Positions 7,659 through 16,089 are shown, counted from the stretch's first letter. The stretch is DNA of 31,793 nt from a virus (IMGVR_UViG_3300031701_000008:1-31793), one strand, 5' to 3'. Program-made: numbers and translations. The notes: generated from the letters alone by a model not told the origin.

Positions 7659-8149
7659 ACAGAGTTGCTTTCTGAGTTATTGATAACCTGCTCATATTCT
7701 ACAATGTCATGGAATGTTCTAGACCATCGGACCTTGGCGGATGTGGGATGTTTTGTTTTATCCCTACCCCTTGATGGTCGATCCCATGAGCCATAATCGA
7801 CATCCCCATCCCTCTTCCAACCAGCTGCCAAGAGGCTCCCCCCCCCCTCAATCTCCAGAGTAAATGTTTGAATTCTTACATAACCAAGAGCCTTAGCAGC
7901 TCTGCCACAAGCACCTAATAAGAAGCTGCAAGCATTCTTGGTTCCGTCTGTAGCTATTCGCAATACTTCAACCTCATTGACTTGATCTCGCATTCGAGCA
8001 ACTGGTCTCCCGACAATCGCAACGCCAACCAACCGGGCATCCTTGACGGCACCCAGGCTGAAGCGATGCCCAGCAACAGGTAGGTGGTGACGATGCAGAA
8101 GGCCGACCATTTGGTTGGCTACAGACAGTTCAATGTGAACCAGCCTCAT
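7634..8149 (-). CDS. XF1762-family / Mom-like GNAT-fold putative DNA-modification protein
   Basis: AN..V...HRHH.PV.GHRFSLG.....LVGVAIVGRPVAR......EV.R.ATDGTKNACSFL.GA..RAA.ALGY..I.T.TL..E.G.SL.AAGW. The Mom relationship is inferred from family knowledge. Confidence 0.85.
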   Translation of the reverse strand: MRLVHIELSVANQMVGLLHRHHLPVAGHRFSLGAVKDARLVGVAIVGRPVARMRDQVNEVEVLRIATDGTKNACSFLLGACGRAAKALGYVRIQTFTLEIEGGGSLLAAGWKRDGDVDYGSWDRPSRGRDKTKHPTSAKVRWSRTFHDIVEYEQVINNSESNSVAQLGLFE

Positions 8150-8170
8150 TCAAACAATCCCCGTTGAGCA
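8144..8170. repeat. 27-bp direct repeat, copy 2 (3' end of amino-MTase / start of XF1762-like gene)
   Basis: CCTCATTCAAACAATCC-CC-GTTGAGCA. Confidence 0.9.
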
Positions 8171-9045
8171 GTCCTGTTCTCTGCGATCTCGCAATACTCT
8201 TCGTTGATCTCAATGCCGATCCAGTCCCGCCCTTCCTCCGCTGCAACTTCTCCCACTGTGCCTGTGCCAAAGAAAGGATCTAGTACGCACCCACCTGGGG
8301 GCGAACCAGCTAACACGCAAGGGCGAACCAGTGAAGTTGGAAATGTTGCGAAGTGCGGTAGCGGATAGTTCGGAGTCCCAATTGTCCATACTGACCTTTT
8401 GTGTCTCCACCCCGAATCCTTGTAGTTATTCCCTGACTTGGTTCTTGCCTCCACCTCGGCATTGTCCCCGTACTTCCCTCCTCCGAATCGGCTGGGTCCA
8501 TTGACTGTCTCTGTTGTTCTTTCTTTGATGGAGTCCATGTCGAAGTAATACTTCTCAGACTTTGACAGTAGAAAAATATACTCATGTGACTTGGTGCAGC
8601 GGTCGGTCACTGATTCCGGCATAGGGTTTGGCTTATGCCAAATGATGTCTTGCCTCAAGTACCAGCCATCTTCTTGAAGGGCTAACGCAACCCTCCACGG
8701 TATCCCAAGCAAGTTCTTACTGGGCAATCCTGGGATTGTTCGTTGCTTGGTTGCTCTTGCTGCTTTCTGGAGGCCAGTTGCTTTTGCCCCTCTACCGACT
8801 CCGGAGTAACAATCACCCAGGTTCAGCCAGACGGTGCCGTCAGGTCTCAGAACTTCACGAACCAACCTGAACACCTCCACCATCTTCTCAATGTATTCCG
8901 TTGGATGATCCTCTTGACCGAGTTGTCCTTGTTCTCCGTAATCTCTGAGACCGTAGTAGGGTGGCGAGGTCACGACACAGTTGACGCACTCCTTCGCCAA
9001 TGTAGGAAGAACATCGAGGCAGTCTCCATGAAAGATATTAGCCAT
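8146..9045 (-). CDS. Beta-class N4-cytosine/N6-adenine DNA methyltransferase
   Basis: GDCLDVL, motif IV TSPPY near the N-terminus, IIWHKPNPMPESVTDR, HFATFP, motif I VLDPFFGTGT near the C-terminus. Confidence 0.95.
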   Translation of the reverse strand: MANIFHGDCLDVLPTLAKECVNCVVTSPPYYGLRDYGEQGQLGQEDHPTEYIEKMVEVFRLVREVLRPDGTVWLNLGDCYSGVGRGAKATGLQKAARATKQRTIPGLPSKNLLGIPWRVALALQEDGWYLRQDIIWHKPNPMPESVTDRCTKSHEYIFLLSKSEKYYFDMDSIKERTTETVNGPSRFGGGKYGDNAEVEARTKSGNNYKDSGWRHKRSVWTIGTPNYPLPHFATFPTSLVRPCVLAGSPPGGCVLDPFFGTGTVGEVAAEEGRDWIGIEINEEYCEIAENRTAQRGLFE

Positions 9046-9894
9046 CTACCCCAGCACTTCCCAGGCCAAGAGGATTTGGGCAGGGACTTGGCCGTTGCCT
9101 ATTGCCTTCAAGCGTGAAGCTCGATTCTCTTTCTTATCTGTTAGCCGGGGCACCTCACCTGTGTCCGCTGGATCAGTGGCCCAGTAAGTGCCGGCCTTCA
9201 CGCTTGTCTCCCACGCTTCCATCGTTCCTTCGGGGAGGGGATCGAGGGAGGTCCAGCCAACAGGCCAGCCCATCAGCCACTCCACCCAGTCTGGACTAAG
9301 TTTTCCCTGTTGTCCAGGTTCAAGCAGATGGTCGAGCCGGTCTTCTCTTCGTTTTCCGGTGTCTTTTCTGATCGACCCTTTTCCTCCACCTTTGCGGTCG
9401 CTCGCTGTAGGAGTGGGCCACGCACCACCACCGCTTCCTGAGGTGCAGCGCGCCTGCGGAACGAGCGGAAATAGTTTGCCACCGGCAGTCATACCCGAGG
9501 CGGGCAAGGTCACCGAGGACAGTAGTTCCGTAGAGCCGAAGCAGTCCGGGTGTGTTCTCCAAGAGGACAGTTCTTGGTCGTACCTCGCTAATGACTCTCG
9601 CCGTGTCGGGCCAGAGATTTCGGTTGTCGTCTTCTCCTCGTTGTTGTCCTGCTTGGCTGAAGGGTTGGCAGGGGAATCCAGCAGACACAACATCGACGAT
9701 GCCATTCCAAGGTTTACCGTCAAATGATCTGATGTCATCCCAGATTGGGAAGGGGTCGAGCGACCCATCCTCTTGCCTCCGAAGCAAGACCTCGATGCAG
9801 TACGGTTCGTTTTCAACCGCACAGACGATGCGGTGACCAGCAATCCTCGCTCCGAGAATTCCTCCACCAGTGCCAGAGAATAGTGCCAGCTCAT
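9046..9894 (-). CDS. C5-cytosine MTase 'beta' polypeptide (TRD-like segment + motifs IX and X), nested in an alternative frame
   Basis: WPTPTASD, LSPDWVEWLMGWPVGWT (motif IX-like), RLKAIGNGQVP (motif X); ATG lies 4 nt after the alpha start. Confidence 0.8.
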   Translation of the reverse strand: MSWHYSLALVEEFSERGLLVTASSVRLKTNRTASRSCFGGKRMGRSTPSQSGMTSDHLTVNLGMASSMLCLLDSPANPSAKQDNNEEKTTTEISGPTRRESLARYDQELSSWRTHPDCFGSTELLSSVTLPASGMTAGGKLFPLVPQARCTSGSGGGAWPTPTASDRKGGGKGSIRKDTGKRREDRLDHLLEPGQQGKLSPDWVEWLMGWPVGWTSLDPLPEGTMEAWETSVKAGTYWATDPADTGEVPRLTDKKENRASRLKAIGNGQVPAQILLAWEVLG

Positions 9895-9898
9895 TCAC
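9320..9898 (-). CDS. dcm: C5-cytosine MTase 'alpha' polypeptide (motifs I-VIII, catalytic Cys)
   Basis: LFSGTGG (I), VE (II), DIR (III), GFPCQPFS (IV), ENTPGL (VI), HLRKRWW (VIII); stops before IX/X. GTG start at 9898 preferred. Confidence 0.9.
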   Translation of the reverse strand: MNELALFSGTGGGILGARIAGHRIVCAVENEPYCIEVLLRRQEDGSLDPFPIWDDIRSFDGKPWNGIVDVVSAGFPCQPFSQAGQQRGEDDNRNLWPDTARVISEVRPRTVLLENTPGLLRLYGTTVLGDLARLGYDCRWQTISARSAGALHLRKRWWCVAHSYSERPQRWRKRVDQKRHRKTKRRPARPSA

Positions 9899-9905
9899 CC
9901 CCCCC

Positions 9906-10211
9906 CTATCTAACAATCGCAGCGGCTGCCGCTATCGACCAAAGGAACTTCTTCTTGTACACAATCGCAAGGTTGTAAATCTTTTGCGAGTGGTTGGCGA
10001 TGATCCAACTTCGCTTCTCACTTAACAGGCTATTGATTGCTTGGGCACGACCTCTTGCCGGCGCGACTACCCACCTCTCTCTGGTGTCGTCATCTGAACA
10101 GAGCCGAATATAGAAACGCTTCTCTTTCGAGTGGTACGCAAGGTTTTTCTCGCACAGGTGAAACAACATCCGCCCAGTTTCCCGCATTAGAATCAACTGC
10201 TGGTAGTCCAT
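9906..10211 (-). CDS. Hypothetical basic protein
   Basis: 101 aa; fills the gap upstream of the MTase; its TAG merges into a G9 run. Confidence 0.55.
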   Translation of the reverse strand: MDYQQLILMRETGRMLFHLCEKNLAYHSKEKRFYIRLCSDDDTRERWVVAPARGRAQAINSLLSEKRSWIIANHSQKIYNLAIVYKKKFLWSIAAAAAIVR

Positions 10212-10341
10212 GTCTGTAAGTTTTATGGCTAGGTTCCTTCCTAAAAGAACAGCCAGTCAACCAGCAACCAAAGCAGACCGCAGATAATAGAGAGGCTTAG
10301 AAGCTCTATCGTTCGATCCAAGAACGATCCAAAGAAGTTCT

Positions 10342-10671
10342 TCATTTCTTCTTTCTCTTCCTTATGAATTCCTTCAGGGTAGATTTCTTCAGGAAATCGT
10401 GGGCACTCTCCCTCCTGAGATCTATGATTTCCACTACCACTGATTTAGGAATCGCAGTCACCCCTCCAAAGGTGCGGTCCTTGGTTGCCGAGTCGGCTAG
10501 CACCATGACCTCTTCGTCTTCCTTCAAGATCCAACCCACTGTTACGCAGAGAATCGGCTCACATTCCTCAAGCACCTGTTCCAACTCCCCTACCCAGTCA
10601 GCTCGTGCAGTAATGTCTTTCCATGTTACCGCAACGATTCGACGAGGTAGAGGAGTCGGCTTGGTCGTCAT
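10342..10671 (-). CDS. Conserved-looking small phage protein
   Basis: V.VTW.D....W....C.TVGW...ED....LA.S......G...IP..VV..I pattern frequent in podophage late regions; function unknown. Confidence 0.75.
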   Translation of the reverse strand: MTTKPTPLPRRIVAVTWKDITARADWVGELEQVLEECEPILCVTVGWILKEDEEVMVLADSATKDRTFGGVTAIPKSVVVEIIDLRRESAHDFLKKSTLKEFIRKRKKK

Positions 10672-10684
10672 AGGTTATACCTTA

Positions 10685-10930
10685 TTACTTGGCCTTGTCG
10701 ATAGAGAGTCTTCTCTTCGTTGTCCACCATGTCGCCAGGGCCGCTGTGACAGCCACTGCTGCCTCCCGCCACGGTGAGGGTATCAGCGGTCGGGCAATCT
10801 CCACGGCTGTCTCAGCGTTACTGGTGACCCCTGGTGGCTCTCGGTAGAACAAGGTGTTGGACAGATCCTCAAGGGCACCGCACCCAACAAACAGCAACAA
10901 CATTATCAGAACTAATAGACTCCACTTCAT
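10685..10930 (-). CDS. Lipoprotein, possible spanin
   Basis: MKWSLLVLIMLLLFVG-C17 lipobox; second hydrophobic segment (AAVAVTAALATWW) and basic C-tail. Confidence 0.65.
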   Translation of the reverse strand: MKWSLLVLIMLLLFVGCGALEDLSNTLFYREPPGVTSNAETAVEIARPLIPSPWREAAVAVTAALATWWTTKRRLSIDKAK

Positions 10931-11217
10931 CGCCGAGTCTCCTCTCTTAGTTTACGAACTTCAGCCAGGAGTGCCTGGTTTTCAGCTCTAGATTCTTTCA
11001 ACAAATGCGTCTGCATCGTCAACAACTGATTCAGATTATTGATAGCGTGAGACATCTTACGGATCTCTGTCTCCAGCATACCAATAGTTTTGTTTGTCTC
11101 ATACGCCACCGATCCGTTCGGTCCTTTGGTTGATTTAATGAATGAAAAAACCTCACGAAGAATCAATATGGTGAGGGCTATACCTCCGAGGCCAGTTCCA
11201 AAATCAAGGTTTTCCAT
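10927..11217 (-). CDS. Holin-like membrane protein (one TM + coiled coil)
   Basis: GLGGIALTILIL TM followed by a heptad-rich C-terminus; directly after the last virion gene. Confidence 0.55.
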   Translation of the reverse strand: MENLDFGTGLGGIALTILILREVFSFIKSTKGPNGSVAYETNKTIGMLETEIRKMSHAINNLNQLLTMQTHLLKESRAENQALLAEVRKLREETRR

Positions 11218-11220
11218 GTG

Positions 11221-14200
11221 CTATTCCTCTTGCAGGGTATTTCTTAACCGTTGCTGGATTGGGATAAACTTGTCGAAATAGGTCGGAGACCCATACCCAC
11301 CTCGCTGTGCGTCATAAATACTAGGAGCAACATCCAAAGCTAGTCGAGTCTGGACGAGGTTCTGCCAACCAACCAACCGCCGGCCAGCGTTATAGGCTCC
11401 TTCAGTTAATTCCTTACCTTCAAATCCTTTTGCAGCGGCAGCACCCAGCACCGTTCCGAAGTCATTGAGGAGACCAGCAGTCGGGCCGGCCAGCATATCC
11501 ACTTTCGATCTTGACTTCATCCTCGACAGTTGCCCTGCTCCGAGTAGGGTGGACGCGCCCACCCCGGTCATGCGCTCCATGTAAGCATTCCCCTGTGACA
11601 ACCAACCGAGCGTACCCCCTCGATCTACCCCCTCTAGTATGCTCTTCTTCCACCAAGGAACTCTGGCAGTAACCCGACCTCGTTTGTCTTTCTTCACCTC
11701 GTCTTCAAATGGATCTTTACCATCGAGACTCTGGCGCGCCCAGTATCCAACAGCTCCAAGGGTGGAGGCACCAACAAACATCAATGCTTGATTCATGTCC
11801 CCCATCATCGCCCCCTTCTGGAGCATGGGAATGAGCAGCTGAGATGTGGCAGACATTGTGAACGATCCGAACTGCCCGATGATCCTTCCCACTTCCGTCG
11901 AGGTCATCCAGTTCGGAAGACTTCCAGCACCTGGAGTGATGATCGTTTGCTGAACTCGCTGGAAGGTGGCTCTTTCAAACGCTAACCGATCCTCAAGGGC
12001 AGTTCTCGCGTCGATATCTCCAGCGGCACCCCACTTCCTGGTCCGAGATAAATAAAACTTCCCGCCAAGTATCGTGGATTCAGTGTCACCAAACTTTTCC
12101 TGGAGGATTGCAATCCTCTGTAGTCGATCTTCGGTTAAGCCGAGACCACCCATGAAGGCTTTGTCTGACCGGCTCAGTCGCTTCCCTGATCGAAGCTTGT
12201 TTCCTATCTTGATAATCTTGTTCTGGATCGCCACGCTGTTGATGCTCTTCATCATTCCGTTCCACTTGTTTAGCATTAACAGGTTATTGAAACCTTTGCT
12301 CGTAGCGTGTAACCCCCTTTCAATGAAGTGATTCCTTTTGGGATCTTCCTCATCGAGGCCGGCTATCCTCCTGTTTCGGTCACCACCGAGGGTGGCTTCA
12401 CTCGCGAAAACCCAGTCGGCCATATCTTCTGATAGTCTTTTGTTTCTGAAGAATGGATTCATATACCGAGCAAGGGCACGGAAGTACGATGGCAGACCTA
12501 CTTGTCCGATCCCCATTGCGAGGTCTGGGATACTCGACAAGAGGAATCCACCACCAAGGCGAACATAGTTGGCTTCACGAATCGACGCTCCAACTCTACC
12601 CAAGCTCTCGTTTCCTGTACCGTCAGTACGGTGGAATCTATCGAAGATCAATCCCATATCTCGAAGGTCTCTACTCTTTCTCTTTAGTAGTTTCTCTTCC
12701 TCCCGCTTCTTCTTCTTCATAGTCATTCTTGCATTCTGCTGTACACCAATATGAAGACCGCGATAGTCTTCCTCGATCCTGGCCTTGACCTGTTCTGCGT
12801 CTGAGTTGATGTCAAATGCAGACCTTCGAGAACTCGACGACCTTTGGATTGCCATTGCCCGCATCTCCATCAATCGTTGAAGTTTCTGGAGATCAGTGAC
12901 CGCTCCGAGATCGTCGATAAAGTTCCTGCCGAACTTGAGAGCATCTGAGCGGTCAGCTGCGCTGCTCCCTAACTTCCAGCCATAACTTTTTTCAGTGAAG
13001 ATTAACTTGCCAGCCATTGTGTTTATTCCAGATCGAGTCTGGTCAAACTCCGCAGTCACCTCTAAAAGTTCCTTGTTCTTTTTGGTTCTTTCCACAACTA
13101 GGTCGTCAAGAGACTTCTGCATCGCGGTAGACACTGGCCTTCCATTAGCATCTAGCCCCTCAATCTCTGACCTCAACAGTGCGATCTGTGAATCAATACC
13201 TCGAACAACCTTTCTCTTGGCATGGAGATCCGCTCTGAAGTTCTTCAGATTAACTACCAAGGAGTTCAGGTGAGTCTGCGCCTTCTCCATCGAGGAGAAC
13301 CCAAGTTGCTTGACATCAATATGCAGCCTCATGTGCGATGACAGATTCAGGTGAGCCGCGTCGTCGAGGACTTGCTCTAGTTCAAGGTGGATAGATTCCA
13401 AGGCAGCCGGGGTAAGGCTTGTTGGATCCTCTGATAAGGTGTCGAGCTTGGCTGTTACGGTAGTCAGTCGATTTTTAAGATTCGCCGAGACCTGGAACCC
13501 GTCCATTGCTGAATCCATTTCACCAGAAAGGATCAACTTAGGGAGCAGGTTTCGGATTTGATTCGCCTGGATATTCATAACATCGTCTTCAAGCCAAGGA
13601 GCAATGAACCGATCCTCTACCGTCAGGACTCGTTGCTTCAGGCTATTGCCGGCTCCACCTCCAAGAGGTCCGGTGCCAGTGTCGTTGGTGATGTTCTCAT
13701 ACACTTGGTTGGCGATCTCTTCCCACCGATCCTCGTCGCCAAGTTTTGCAATCCACTCGTCGTACTCGGCGATCTCTCGTTCTAGTCGGGCACGATCCCA
13801 CACTATCTCTGCAAGTTCCTCGGGTGAGCGGGGAGTGGGTGGGGATGGGGTGGTTGGAGGGGGTGGTTCGGTGTCTATAGACAGAACTGACCTGTGGCTA
13901 ATTGAATCGGTAGCCACTGCACCCCATCGGTCCCCCTCTGGGTCTAACAAGATCACGACACGGTGACTGGCTGCTCGACCTCCACCCGCCCGACCACCCC
14001 CGATGTGGGTGATAGCATCGTAGCCCAGTACATGGCGCAGTTCGTCGGCAATAACCTGGAATGTTTCTGCTGCTTCATCGACGGAGATCGTCATCTGATA
14101 CAACTCCGTCACCATGTCATCCCAAACTTCTGAACCCTTTCGGCTGGACGGCACCCAATTGTCATCACCGAGCAGAACTCTAGCGTTGCTAACTATGAGG

Positions 14201-16089
14201 TCAAAAGCGTCATCAGGTAAATCCTCATCGAAATCCAATGTCTTTCTAACATCTACCTTCACCCGATGACTTACCGGGCCATACCCACGAGCGACCGAGG
14301 GCGCGTCAGTCATATAAAAGCCTATGCCGAACAAACTATCGGTTCTTGAAAGATCTTGGGTTGGTCTTTCGATCTCGACAGCACTCCCGTGATACCATGT
14401 GGTTTCATTGATTGAAGATGGATCTGGAGTGGCGAGAGAAGGGGGTTCCTCCAGGGGTAACGGTGTTCTGGTTGGAGGGGCCACTGGGTCAGGGGCAGAA
14501 AGAGCCTCATGCTCGTCCACCAACTTCTGACGCTCAACCTCCATCTCCGGCAGCTCTCTAGCCTTCTTGTCTTCAAGGGCAAGGAAGATGCTCTTCTTGA
14601 ACTGCGGGAGGTACACCATGATCTTTTCTTTTTTGTACACCCGTGTCAGGTAGTTCTCTAACTCAATAGAGTTTATGAAATCCTCGCCGGTAAACGCCCC
14701 TGCCGATTCGCCTGTCTTCCTGAGTGTGTCAAAGAACTTGCGGTTTATCTTTGCAACTTCCTCTACAGCCTTAATGGTCTGACTGTCTCCGATAATAGAC
14801 TCGAAGGGGTTTGCCAACTCCAGTTCACCAGTGGTTGTCGATACCGAAAGTTCGTGAGAAGCGTTTGCCGGGTCAACAATATCTCCACGCACCGCCGCCT
14901 TAGCACCAAGCACCATTACTTCTGCATTACTCAGGCGACCACCAGCGGATCTGTACTCTGCAAATACCAGATTCATGTCATGGCGAATCCGCAAGCCGGC
15001 AATCTCAGCAATACCCATTACCGCTTCTACACTCTGACGATTCAAAGTGTCGGTACGGACTATGGCTGGCTTCAACATTATGTCTAGGGCACCCCTTGCA
15101 AACTGAGACTCCGAACGAGCAAGGTTCATCTCCGGATTCAGAAAGAGCAACTTCGCCAACAGTTTGCCCAAGATCCCTTGAGATATACCAAGCACCTTGG
15201 CAAGACCTGGGTTGATCTCCGAGGTAGCCTTGAGGAGGATCCCTGCAACTTCCTCTCGGTCCTGACCAAAGATAGCAAAACCTTCGTCACCCTCGATCAG
15301 TTCGTCTAGTCTTTGTTGCTCAACTGGATTCCTCTGGAGCCATGCTGAATACGATGCAGGGTCGAGAGCATCCTCCACGGTGTCCGCACCTAGCAATGCT
15401 CGGCTCGCAGCAGTTCGACTCGAACTGATGCCACCGCTCATACCTCCAATGATCGCTCCGAAGATCGCGCCGCCAACCAAGTCTCTATGGAACTCTTCAT
15501 CGGTTCTAGTTTCTTGGGCTATCCTCAAGAACGGCTCGGCCACCGTCAGGCCAAGGACATTCTCTGCGGCACCTATCCCAGCAATAGTCATTGGCCTAGC
15601 CGCGACATTCAGGGCTTTGGCTGCCCTGGTCGCACCGCTGAAGGCGATCCAGTTCACTGGGTCCACCACGCCAGCTCCTAAGCCAGCGAAGATATTAGAA
15701 GCCAACCCGCCTTCCTGGATGACTTCACGGTCCCTGTTCTCTTCTCGAATCTTATTGACGAGATAGTTCGCCTCTACTCGACTCTCCGCTTTCATTAAAC
15801 TGGTAAAGGCTTCTGGGTATTTCTCTCTGATCCATGGATTCGCCATGACATCAGGATCTTCAGCTGGGTTGTAACCACGCTCCGGGGGGAAGATCGGCTC
15901 GTTCATGGCAATCGCAAGGTTGTAGACGGTGTTTGTCTGGCGAAAGAAAGCACCAACCTGATCTGTGAAACCAGTATTCTTGGCAAGGGCAGTCTTCGGG
16001 GAGTGGAATCCCTGAGCAAACATCAACCTCTGCTGTTGAATGGTCTTATCTGCCATTGCTTCTTGGAGTAGTTGTAGTTGGGACTTCAT
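11221..16089 (-). CDS. Large internal virion/ejection protein (T7 gp16-like position) with inserted ART-like domain
   Basis: ~1620 aa; N-terminal GLGAGVVDP.NW and Gly/Ala hydrophobic helices; C-terminal GRIIGQF.SF and LAGPTAG motifs of podophage ejection proteins. ATG 16089 is TAATG-coupled to the upstream gene. Confidence 0.8.
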   Translation of the reverse strand: MKSQLQLLQEAMADKTIQQQRLMFAQGFHSPKTALAKNTGFTDQVGAFFRQTNTVYNLAIAMNEPIFPPERGYNPAEDPDVMANPWIREKYPEAFTSLMKAESRVEANYLVNKIREENRDREVIQEGGLASNIFAGLGAGVVDPVNWIAFSGATRAAKALNVAARPMTIAGIGAAENVLGLTVAEPFLRIAQETRTDEEFHRDLVGGAIFGAIIGGMSGGISSSRTAASRALLGADTVEDALDPASYSAWLQRNPVEQQRLDELIEGDEGFAIFGQDREEVAGILLKATSEINPGLAKVLGISQGILGKLLAKLLFLNPEMNLARSESQFARGALDIMLKPAIVRTDTLNRQSVEAVMGIAEIAGLRIRHDMNLVFAEYRSAGGRLSNAEVMVLGAKAAVRGDIVDPANASHELSVSTTTGELELANPFESIIGDSQTIKAVEEVAKINRKFFDTLRKTGESAGAFTGEDFINSIELENYLTRVYKKEKIMVYLPQFKKSIFLALEDKKARELPEMEVERQKLVDEHEALSAPDPVAPPTRTPLPLEEPPSLATPDPSSINETTWYHGSAVEIERPTQDLSRTDSLFGIGFYMTDAPSVARGYGPVSHRVKVDVRKTLDFDEDLPDDAFDLIVSNARVLLGDDNWVPSSRKGSEVWDDMVTELYQMTISVDEAAETFQVIADELRHVLGYDAITHIGGGRAGGGRAASHRVVILLDPEGDRWGAVATDSISHRSVLSIDTEPPPPTTPSPPTPRSPEELAEIVWDRARLEREIAEYDEWIAKLGDEDRWEEIANQVYENITNDTGTGPLGGGAGNSLKQRVLTVEDRFIAPWLEDDVMNIQANQIRNLLPKLILSGEMDSAMDGFQVSANLKNRLTTVTAKLDTLSEDPTSLTPAALESIHLELEQVLDDAAHLNLSSHMRLHIDVKQLGFSSMEKAQTHLNSLVVNLKNFRADLHAKRKVVRGIDSQIALLRSEIEGLDANGRPVSTAMQKSLDDLVVERTKKNKELLEVTAEFDQTRSGINTMAGKLIFTEKSYGWKLGSSAADRSDALKFGRNFIDDLGAVTDLQKLQRLMEMRAMAIQRSSSSRRSAFDINSDAEQVKARIEEDYRGLHIGVQQNARMTMKKKKREEEKLLKRKSRDLRDMGLIFDRFHRTDGTGNESLGRVGASIREANYVRLGGGFLLSSIPDLAMGIGQVGLPSYFRALARYMNPFFRNKRLSEDMADWVFASEATLGGDRNRRIAGLDEEDPKRNHFIERGLHATSKGFNNLLMLNKWNGMMKSINSVAIQNKIIKIGNKLRSGKRLSRSDKAFMGGLGLTEDRLQRIAILQEKFGDTESTILGGKFYLSRTRKWGAAGDIDARTALEDRLAFERATFQRVQQTIITPGAGSLPNWMTSTEVGRIIGQFGSFTMSATSQLLIPMLQKGAMMGDMNQALMFVGASTLGAVGYWARQSLDGKDPFEDEVKKDKRGRVTARVPWWKKSILEGVDRGGTLGWLSQGNAYMERMTGVGASTLLGAGQLSRMKSRSKVDMLAGPTAGLLNDFGTVLGAAAAKGFEGKELTEGAYNAGRRLVGWQNLVQTRLALDVAPSIYDAQRGGYGSPTYFDKFIPIQQRLRNTLQEE

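Noticed and set aside
6563-9898. Classical restriction-modification system
   Set aside because: The nuclease belongs to a small phage Vsr/DUF559-like family and is on the opposite strand; the MTases look like orphan phage enzymes.
10212-10341. Intergenic short repeats (CGATCCAA x2) and a weak hairpin as origin or promoter
   Set aside because: Too short to distinguish from chance; no convincing -35/-10 pair.
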